Positions 47,401 through 59,400 of a stretch of 64,000 nucleotides of DNA are shown piece by piece. The stretch covers positions 806,001 to 870,000 of the forward strand of contig NW_026262648.1 in NCBI RefSeq assembly GCF_021869535.1, written 5' to 3'. The position numbers and the translations under genes were made by a program. This stretch comes from Mytilus californianus (taxonomy: Eukaryota). Positions within the stretch are counted from its first letter, which is position 1. Every line of letters begins with the position of its first letter. The notes below the pieces were generated by a model, which was given only the letters and a program-made list of their open reading frames with translations, had not been told where the DNA came from and did no database searches.

Positions 47401-50400
47401 GAAAGTATTTATGTAATAATCAAATAATCAAATAGCATTTTAAAATTAAGTTTTATTAAAGACAGATATTTGTTTTGTAGCTGTTTATGGCGGTAAGTGA
47501 AAAATAAGTTTTGAGTTCATACAAATGTATCATCATCGATGATTTATAAAAGAAAATCACAGATGAAATATCTACTATCTTTTCTCAAATACGCAAAATT
47601 CCAACAGAAATGTGACTAAGAACAAAAATCAAGTAGAGAAATGAAAACGCAAGACCTGATAATAATATAATTCGTTTACTTGATGCATTCTACATCACAG
47701 AGATTTCCTCATAATTGAGATAGAAATAAGGGTGTTTAATTTGATGTTAAATATTTAAACAAAATGAATGAATTTTCACTTTTAAAGAGCCTCTTGCTTT
47801 AAAGCAAAAGGAGAAATCAATCTGTTTACAGTTCTTATAACACAAAAGGGTGTAAAATGCATCTATTTTTAACTCGATGTAAAAAATTGTATCGGTTACA
47901 TTTAACTTTAGTATGTTTTGCGATTATGTTATATAAAGTAATATTAACAACAAATACTTTTATATCAGCAAATCTAAACTTTCAAATGTTTCATGTTATG
48001 TCTGTTTGTTAAGTGTTAACAAATATATTTTGTTTTAGTATAAGAAGAAAATTCGCACACCTAGTGCGAGGTTTTGTAAAGTTTTCTACTGATAGTACAT
48101 TTAGTCTTTGTTTTGTTGTTTCATATTTCTTAACGTTTTCAATTTGTTACATCACTTTAAAAAGAAAAATGTATATCACAGGATGCCATGACAATTTACA
48201 GAATTGCAATGACTACGGCCGTGCTGTATGTTTAGACCCAACATACGCCTCTTGGGTAACAGCTAATTGTGCATCGTTTTGTGGAAAATGTGGTATGTGA
48301 TATCTAAAAAACTGTAGGATCTATTGCACAATAAGTTCTTATCACGCAAATTTATTATCAAATTAACATCACTCGATAATGTGACAAGTGGACAGACAAT
48401 CTAATAAAAAAATCAATAGTATTGAAGATCCGATAATATTATAAACATTTTGATCATACTTGTACTCGAAGCATTAAATCAAAAACAGATACAGTCAAAA
48501 TCGTCTTTACCAAATTAAAAAAAAAAATATCCATTTTTTTGTTATTTCTTTCTGGTGAAACTCAATTTGCAGGAGATATGTTGGCTGTACCAGTTATTAA
48601 TTTGATTTGCATTGATGACTGAATTATTTTGTGGGATATTAGTACTTTATTATTCTGTTTTAGAAATTGAATTCAAATGGTGGCATGGTCATATTCAAAC
48701 GGAGCGTTGAAAATATTGGAAACATTGTGATCATACTTGAACTCGAAGCATTAAATCAAAAACAGATAAATCATTACAGCCAAAATCGTCTTAATCAGGC
48801 TAAAAAAAATATATTTTTTTGTTCTTTCTTTCTGGTGGATATCAATTTGCAGGAAATATGGTGGTCTGTACAAGTTATTAATTTGATTTACAATGATGAC
48901 TGAATTATTTTTTCTATAGGCGACAATACTAACATTTTCTAATTTTGTCACTTTGTACAATAAACAAACAAAAACAAAACAGTTATGCGGGATATTAGAA
49001 CTTTACTATTCTGTTTTAGAAATTGAATTCAAATGGTGGCATGGCCATATTCAAACGGAGATTTAGTTTAAAGTTTTAATGGTCACTGCTATTTTACATC
49101 AAATTTATGACGTTTGGAAGCCTTTTCAAATAATTCTCAAAAAACATACTTACTGCAGTTATTTTAGCACTCGAAATTTGACACACTTACCTTGCTGGGG
49201 TACACAGAAGACCAACCTAACGACAAAATATGAAATACTATTTTTTCCACATGGCTAATTGCAAAAATAAACAACAAACTGATATTTCACCATTATAGCA
49301 ATTTGTGAATTTTAGCTGGCGGTTCTCATTTCACCGGAAGTTTTGTAGGACAAAGTGGAACTGGAACAATGACAGGAACTAGAACTGGAACAGGAACCAT
49401 GACTGGAACTGGAACTGGAACAATGACTGGAACTGGTGGAACCGGAACAATGAACGGTACTGAATATAGATTTTTCTTTTAATGATGTATCCTAAATATT
49501 AAAATAGATATTTAATTTCACGAAAACCTGTCTTTTGTGTATAAATATATATTAAAGATGAGTCAGAGGTCATTTAAGAATTAAAAACTGCATCCCTTTA
49601 GGGCAGCTGAGTTCCTATACTTTTTTCGTTGTTCGTCGTGCTCTTTTATATCAACCGCCTCGGAGCATTTTTTGTAGCGAGATCGCCTCGAGTTCGAGCG
49701 TTTTTAATAAGACATCTACAATAATGGCTAACTTAAAACAACTATTTTGTTTGTCAAGGAATTAAGTAAAAGTTTTAATAATTTGTGGTGACGTTATGCC
49801 TGAATAAAAACAAATTATGTTATGAAAACATAATGATTATTGAAATTTAAGTTGTCACTTAATACAACTTCAGTGTGTTTTGTCAGTGCGATTATGTTAT
49901 AAAGTAACATTAACAAGAAATACTTTTATATCAGCAAATCTAATCTTTCAAATGTTTCATGTTTTGTCTGTTTGTTGAGTTTAAAAAAAAAAAACATTTT
50001 GTTAGAGTACAAGAAGGAAATTCGTAAACCTAGTGCTAGATTTTAAAAAGTTTTCTACTGATAGTACATTTAGTCTTTGTTTAGTTGTTTCATATTTCTC
50101 ATCGTTTTCAATTTATTATATCACTTCTAAAAGAAAAATGTATATCACAGGATGCCATGACAAATTACAGAATTGCAATGACTACGGCCGTGCTGTATGT
50201 TTAGACCCAACATACGCCTCTTGGGTAACAGCTAATTGTGCATCGTTTTGTGGAAAATGTGGTATGTGATATCTAAAAAACTGTAGGATCTATTGCACAA
50301 TAAGCTCTTTATCACGCAAAATTATTATCAAATTTACATCACTCGATAATGTGACAAGTGGACAGACAATCTAATAAAAAAAATCAATAGAATGGAAGAT

Positions 50401-53400
50401 CCGATAATATTGTAAACATTGTGATCATACTTGTACTCGAAGCATTAAATCAAAAACAGATTTTACAGCCAAAATCGTCTTTGCCAAATTAAAAAAAAAA
50501 TATATCTATTTTTTTGTTATTTCTTTCTGGTGGAACTCAATTTGCAGGAGATATGTTGGCTGTACCAGCTATTAATTTGATTTGCATTGATGACTGAATT
50601 ATTTTTTCTATAGGCGACAATACTAACATTTTCTAACTTTGTCACTTTTTACAATAAAAAAACAAAAACAAATCAGTTATGGGGGATATAAGAACTTTAT
50701 TATTCTGTTTAAGAAATTGAATTCAAATGGTGGCATGGCCATATTCATACGGAGCTTTAGTTGAAAGTATCCATGGTCATTGTCATTTTACATCAAATTT
50801 ATGAAAATTTGGAAGCCTTCTCAAATGATTCTCAAGAAAATACATACTGCAGTTATTCATAGCACTCGAAATTTGACATCATTACCTGGCTGGGGTACAC
50901 AAAAGACCAATCTAACGCCAAGAATATGAACTACTATATGTACTTTTTTCCCATGGCTAATAGCATAAATACACAACAATCTGATATTTTACCATTATAG
51001 CGATTTGAAAATTTTAGCTGGCGGTTCTCATTTCACTGGAAGTTTTGTAGGACAAAGTGGAACTGGAACAATGACAGAAACTGGAACTGGAACCATGACT
51101 GGAACTGGTGGAACCGGAACAATGATCGGTACTGACAATGGATTATTCTTTTAATGATGTATCCTGAATATAATTAATGTTTTTAATAATCGTTGGTTAC
51201 GTTTGCCTGAATCAATAATTTATATGTTATAAAAACATTATGTTCATTGAAATATTAAACGTCACTTCATACAACACGATCAAGGGCAACAGGGAATGGG
51301 TTAGAAAATATACACACCATAAGAAGGGACCAACGGAGTACCTTGGTAAAAAAGGGACACATTAATGCCGGTTTCCATTTTTTTATTTCCGTGACCTGTG
51401 CTTTAACTCACAGGAGCAATGATTAGATCTGAATTAAACACCGGAATAGTTGTTACATCTTCAAATTAACCTATTGTTTTCTGTATCTTTTCGTGACATG
51501 TTACTTAGTGTGGTTTCCCTTTGATGTGAAGCAGGAAAAGCACTATCGACGATTGTGATCCTGTTCTGCTCGGAGTTCATTATATCTCATCGGATTTCTT
51601 TTCTTGGTATGTTAATATTCCAAATAGATTTACGAATCTTGGCAATTGATAAACTACTGTTGTTCTTATAATCGCTATTCATCTGGGTGACCATTGCAAG
51701 TCTTTATTATTCTTGACTTTCTTTTTTTCAGTTACTTGCGTCGACAGAATCACAAACTGTGCTGCTTATGGCCTCAGTGGAACATGTACTGATCCTAAAT
51801 ATACAGGATGGGTCAAAGATAATTGTGTAAGATCCTGTCTATGTTGTAAGTATGTGAAACTCGAAAAAGTTGGAAATAGATAACTATGTCAAACTTGTCT
51901 GCGTTACATGTATAATTACAAAAAAAAATGTAAAAAACTTGAAAAATAACATGACTTATTTGTAAATAATTATTATGTAAATCAGGTTCAAGTCTGAAGT
52001 AGATTATTGCGTAAGAACTTGCTTTTGTTGTAAGTTCAATCAGGAAATCAACACCAGATAATCAATATCTGTGCATCTTGATAATATTTTAAAATCTTAG
52101 CACCTCCCTTTTGCAAACAGAACATTTTGCGAAAAAATTAATAATAAAATAAAATCATACCCGTGCAGAAACGCTAGCTTATTATTTACTTTGTGACTGA
52201 CAGTCTATCAGCAGCTGTACTTGAGACATGTTTTTAAGTAATGCTGAAAGTTAATTAATGCAAAATTCATGCAAAATAAAAATCTTATACGCATAAATAG
52301 CGAATCGATAACAGTCCCAAAAATAACACCTTTCTTTGATGATTACTTGATGCATTTCAAAATTTTTCCACAGTTAAAATCGACACTAAGCATCAGAATT
52401 CAATCCGAAATCATCTTATCATAGCAATCATTAAAAAGACAAAAAAAAAGCACACCATACGACATTGTCTAGTTATCTATTAGCTAATAAATCAATTACG
52501 ATTTTTGCTATACTAGCTAAAACTGTTGATGAGTTATATTCTTAAAAAATATCAGTGAAGGGAATACTATCAAGAAAGCATTTTAAACAATAATGCGGAA
52601 ATAAAAATAGATCATAAAATAGATGAAGCAAGACTTCCAACATGGTTTTTCTTACTGTTCTAGGGTTGTGGCCTCTGGAATAGAAAAAAGGGGTCGAAAA
52701 AGAATAGTTTTGATATAATAAATTCTGTTTGCTTTCAAGCACCAATATTTTTTTGCTCAATTATCAATGACATCTTTACTTTAGATTTATATTCAACGTG
52801 ATAACACTTAAAATTGATGAGTTAACACTAATAACTTTTGTTCATCAACTCGAATTCCATCCAATTGCCTTGCCATAAAATAGGGTAACCAAATTTGGAA
52901 AATTATGATTTACTCTTTTTCTTTCTGTCTAACATGTCTAATTGATACTAATTTGCAGGAAATGCGTTGGTATGTTCCATCTGTACTTGATTTACACAGA
53001 TGACTAATTAATGGCATAAATACACAACAATCTAATATTATTACCGTTATAGCAATTTGTAAATTTCAGCTGGTGGATCTTATTACACTGGAAGTTATGT
53101 AGGACAAAGTGGAACTCGAACTGGAACAATGACAGGAACTGGTGGAACTGGAACAATGACCGGTACTGATAATGAGTTGTTTAACTTGCTTTTTATTGAT
53201 GTATCCTAAATATCAAAGAAGATATTTAACTTTACAAAAACCTGTCTATGTTGATATATTATATATTAAGGAGGAGCCAGAGATAATTTTCAGAGGAACT
53301 GCCTTCCATTTGGAAAGCTTAGTTCAACTACTTTTTCTTCCATAATTCGTCTTCTTCTATCTTCAACCGCCTCGAAGTACTCTTTGTATTTTTAGCAAGT

Positions 53401-56400
53401 TTGTTTGCTTCGAGTGCGATCGTCTTTGATTTGATGCCCGGCTGGGTAAAACAATACAATTCGAAATTTTTACTTGCCGCTCGCCACGATTTTTGTTTTT
53501 CATGAAGTGTCTTTGATACTGTTCTCTGTCTTTTTATCCTTTTGTTCTATGATATTATGTTCGTATCTGTCTTTCTTTGGTCTATGGCCCCTTGGTATCA
53601 TTTACTAGTTTATTTGTAAATTGTTATTCCAACCACTATGAAAATAAGGATCAACAACTATCCACCAGTGTTTAAATGACATGGACGTAAGCAACTATAA
53701 ATCACCGTATGCCATTCAACAATGAGCAAAACTCGTACTGTATAGTAAGCTATAAAAGTTCCCGACATGACACATTGAAAACAATTCAAACGAAAAACCA
53801 ACAGCCTGATTAATGACAAAACAGTTAACGAAAAAAAATGACAAAAAGCAACCAACAACAATCACTGAATTCCAGGTTTCTGCCTTGGTACATGTACATA
53901 TAGAATGTGGCGGTTTTTGAACATATCTGTGAGCGTTCAGTCCTCTCCCTAAGCTGGGACAGTAATATAACAGCACAAATATGTAAACAAAGTGTAAAAA
54001 ATCAATCATTAATGGCTTACCTCAACAGATTGGTACGAACAACAACTATCATCGAAAAAATGGACAAAATGTACCGACCTCAAAGTACTAGCAATTACTG
54101 AAGGCTAGTTCAAAGCCAATTACAACTATTAGTTAAAATAAGAAGATGTGGTATGAGTGCTAATGAGTCAACTCTCATTCCAAGTCACAATGTATAAAAA
54201 GTTAACAATTATAGGTCAAAGTACGGCCTACAACACGGACCCTTCACTCACACCAAACAACTAGCTATAAAGGGCCCCAAAATGACTAGTGTAAAAACAA
54301 TTCAAACAGGAAAACCACCGGTATAATCTATATAAAAAACGAGAAACGAGAAACACTTTTGAACCACACCAACACACGACAACCACTGAACAACAGGCTC
54401 CTGACCTACACCCTAACCAGAGACATAAGTGTAACATTAGAGATTTCCAATAAAATGACATACGTACCTAACTCGACGTACGCACGTAACGGGACCGGTT
54501 ATTGCTAACCTATTAATTTGTTAAATGCGTCACTTAAGTTTAAACTAAGTATTCCTAAACTATTAAACCCATTCATTATAAATTTTATCAATATCAAGTA
54601 TTTCTAGGATGATGAAAAACGACAGAAATCATGACTTTTATATATCACGTGATTATTGAGATTCCCGCCAAAACTTAACTGTCATAAGACCACGTTTATA
54701 CACGTATCTTAACCTATCATACAATTGATTTGAGGCGTCTATCATGGTTTTGACCATGACTTTGTTTTTCGATATACTTTGCAAATGAATTTTTTATTAT
54801 TTAATATTTGACATGCTTTTATTTTTCGTTATCAGATTGGTGTCCATTTTTCCTTTTGTCTGATAGTGTTTTATAATATTTAATTACCGTGGGTATTCAT
54901 TGTTAGACAAAGATTTTTCTAGCAATTTCAGAAATATCGAATTCAAAGTGTTAGTCAGAATTTGTCTCTGTTAAAGTTGATAACTGGGATTGCATCATAC
55001 TTTATTAAGCATCATTTCAAACGTTCTCTTCTTCTGCAGTGAATTTTGTTTTTTTACAATCTCCGATTTTTTTCCCCAGGGAAAACGTTCAACAAAGGGA
55101 TGTGTATATTTTAAAAAATATTAATACAGGTCTTGTAGTTCTTTAAATTTCAATAGTTGACATACACTTTTCTTTCATATGAAGGTCAACATTAAAAAAA
55201 AAGAATTTTGTAATTAATAATGATATATGTAAATAAATGTGTACACCAATTCGTTATATAGATTGTAATTTGGAAGGTGTACTTGATTAGCAATTGATGA
55301 CTAATCTGCATATAAACATTGACCGCTGTGGATATTAAACTATTAATTTATAGTACATAGTAATTGGCTTAAAAATGTCCTGTCCCCAAGTATCTCTGAT
55401 TAAAAGTGGACGAGAATGCCAATTTATATACTTGTTATATTTTTAAGACAACTATAATGCCACTTCAGTCTTTACAGTAATTTTCTTTTTAAAATGTACT
55501 TTTAATTAGTAAGGCTTGATATTGTCATAGTTGTTTTTGGATTAAGACAACTCTTACTAATCCAATAAAAAGTGGATTCTAAAACTATCACACATTGATT
55601 GAGTTAAGCAAAAAATTTTAGTTCCAATTTTTGTCTCGCCTTAGAGGTATATATTTATATATAAATGTTGAACTCTACGACATATCCATGCATAGGATCA
55701 CCAGTGAAGTTGATACACGGCTGAAAACACATTTTATGTTTAGAAAGCCAAACAAGTATAAGATTGAAGAGCATTGAGGACCAAATCTCTGAAGGAAGGT
55801 TTTTCCAGGTTGTTCTTATGTCGTGCTGTTGCACCACTGTCCCAAGCTTAAGGGGAAGGGGTTGAACACTCATTCCTTATGTGTCTGTCCCATGTCAGGA
55901 GCCTGTGGTTCACTTGTTGACGTTGGTTCATATCTGTTATATTTGTTTTCCGTAAATTGTTTTGTTTTAAATCAGGCCGGTAGTTTTCTCAATTGAATTG
56001 TTTCATATTTTTCAAGTTGGTTCCTTTTATAGTCGACTATACGGTATGGATTTTTCTCATTGATGAAGGCCGTACGGTTGCCTATCATTGCTTACATCCA
56101 CTTCATTTCTTATTGGCAATGATACCATATCTCCTTACTATTTTTATTTTTTTTAACTAAATACGTTTAATATTCTCAGGTAATTTAATATGTAAGAATT
56201 AGCTTTCAGTACCTGTGGGTACATTAAAGATCGGTACTCTTTGTCTTTCATTATAAAAATGTAATTGTTTTGGGCTTCATTCAATATTGATTAGTTGAGC
56301 TGTTTCAAACTGAATTTTACAGGGTTTTTTTTCTTCTTATATGGTGCTGTTACACCAGCGTGTTGAGCGCTGGTAAACGCGTTTAATCAGGCCAAATTCA

Positions 56401-59400
56401 ATATTGGCTTTCCCAAGTCAGGAGCTTTCAATTCAGTGGATGTCGTTGGTTACTTTCTGTCATTTTTGGGTTAATTTTACTCTTGTAAAAATATTTATTT
56501 TTGTTTGAACTGTTTACATTTTTCAAAGTCAATGCCTTATATACTATAGTATCTGATAATACGGTATGAGTATTTGCTTATTATTGACGACAGCACGAGC
56601 CACTGTAGTAGTAATTCACGCCATTTAGACTCTGTTTGAAAGTGGGACGCTCCAAACGGATGCAAGTATATACATGTCGGAGTGTAAGGAATAAATCGAA
56701 AAAAGAATGCATGCTAAGCATACTAATGCTTTTGAAGAGAAAATGAAAATATTTGTTGAACCGGGACGTACTGGCGGACGGACAGACAGAGTGATTACAA
56801 TATGAGTGCCGGTACAATATTTTATCAGTATATGTATCTTAGATGCTAGTGGTAAGGAAGTCTGGATCAACACCGGGTAATCTTTACTTGTTAAAAAATA
56901 TTTTATACTATTTCGAATAATAATTGCATGCCTACTGGATATTAATACAATAGCAAGTCACAAGGATAATGGAAGCTGTGAAACACCATTTTACAATAAA
57001 AACTTAGCTTTTTGATACAAAGAAACAAGGAGAAAAACCAAACAAATTATGCAGCAAAACAAGTCTTGCTAGAATAGTAATATATGCACATAAAGCATAA
57101 AATATATAAACAGGTTTTTATTATATATGGGATTAACTGGTAGCAGGTGAGCCTCGATTACGGGTTCAACTATTTTGTTGGACCCCCTGATCGAATGATT
57201 TTAAGACTGGATTTTTTGGCTTCACCACCAAGCATGATGCATTCACGAGTAAGAGCAGGTGTTGGTTTAATAGAAGAAAGACAAGTGTGTCTTTGTATCA
57301 AGTACGCTAATTTACCTAGCATATAAAAATGCGACTGCAAGTGTTGGTCATGTACAAAAAGGTATAATCATTTATCATTATCATTTCATCATCCTTAATA
57401 TATATGTAATATTTGTCACTGGATATAAAACAAACACCAGTATCATCATCATCATAAGTATCATAGCTTGAGGCTAAATATTCGTCGTATTTGTTATAGT
57501 TTGTAAGTATCATAGCTTGAGGCTAAATTCTTATCTGATATATTAGCCAATTTATGTCGAGAACTTATTTTACGCATGCATCTCTTTTCTACATAGTTTT
57601 TATAAATGTCCAAATTAAAGCTAATAGAGCTCATAGAAGTATGTTTATCAAATGATCATGTCTACTCACAATTAAAACAGTTAGAAAGGTATTGACTCGT
57701 CCGACTAAAACGAAGCACAAAAACAGCAATTACTAGTATTTCCAAATAAACTCCATGTGACTGTCCCAAGTAAGGAGCCTGTAATTCAGTGGTTATCTTT
57801 TGTTGCTGTGCTTTCGTTCATGTATTTGTACATTAATTAGGCCGTTAGCTTTATAGTTGTAGTTGTTTTACATTTGTCATTTGGTGGCCTCTTATAGCTG
57901 ACTATTCGGTATGGGTTTTTCTTATTGTTGAAGGTCGTACGGTGGCCTATAGTTGTTAATTTCTCTGCCGGTCATTTGTTCTCTTGTGAAGAGTTGTCGA
58001 ATTGGCAATCATACTACATCTTCTTTTTTTGTACATATCACAAATTAAGTAAAATAGTACATAAACACTCTAGAAAAGCAAGACCTTGTGTCATGTCAAA
58101 AGCACAAAGTGTCTGTAGAACTATTAGTGTTCATAACTGTATAGCAGATTATATGTAGTTTCTATAAAATGTAATAATAATTTATTAGTAAAAGATACAT
58201 GATTATTTGTTAGTGGAATTATATATAGTTAAATAAATGGATATCTATATTAAAAGAAACATCAGAAACGAGAATATGTGTCCATTAGATTACACGCCAG
58301 TATCACATTTCCGTGTTAAGTGAGCTCTAAATCCAGGAAATAATCCAATTCAGTTTGTAGTCTTAAACTTTTAAATCTCGTGCGAGATGTCTAAATTAAT
58401 GTTCAAACATTGTTGTTTTTAAAACGTATTTATCAAAGTCAAACGATAATCGTTTAATTTCTTTTTGATGCCATACAATTTGTGATTATGGCCGGATCCA
58501 AGATATTTGAAAGAGGGCATAGTTCCCGATAATTGCATTTATACTGCCAAGCGGAGCAACGAGAGAAAAAAATTAGACGATTATATACTAAACATTTGTA
58601 TAGATAACGTGGAAAACGTGAGATTTTCAAAATCATTTGGCGATCGAAAGGGGGGAGTACGCCCTCTACCCATGTATTTGCGAGTGCACGTTTAGGTATA
58701 CATGGACCAAAAACCTCGTCCCATGCATTTCTGTAGTTGAAGCCTAAAAAAATACTATTTGATAAATGTATCAATGATATAACTTTCTGTCAAATGATCT
58801 TGAATTAAATTATAGAAATTTTTTTTTAAAGTTAGTCGCGTTCACCTTTTACATTCGGGTGTGTTGGAATCTACTTTTTAAACGTTAAAACTTATAAAAA
58901 CAAAAAAAGAGATAAACTTCTCGCTTCGGATTTCATTATTTTAATATTTTCATGCTAAATTTTTATTTGGTAGTTTTTAAAATTCACATTTTGAGAAGAA
59001 CTGAAATATGGGTCAAGTGAAATGACAAGAAATGATGGGTGTATTTGATTACAAGTTGATATCTTAAGTATTCCATTAAAATATTTTTGTCAATAAAATC
59101 ATTCAAAATTTAAGAACAAAATATTTAAAGATTAAAAAAAGAAGTTGTGATTGATTTTTACATTAAGTCTATATCAGCAAAAAAATGCGTGTTCAAAAAG
59201 CAAAAAGTGCATGCAGTGTATGCTCCCCTCCGTCATGCTTCAATGCAATAGGACGAAATACGTTGAGTTAGGTCGGTTATGTCGAGTAAAGTCATTTTAT
59301 TGGAAATTTCTATTACAACATAAAAAGACACAATATAAAATATCAATTGAAATGGTTTAACTCGATCTAAAAGACATTTAAACAAAAACAAGTAAACATA

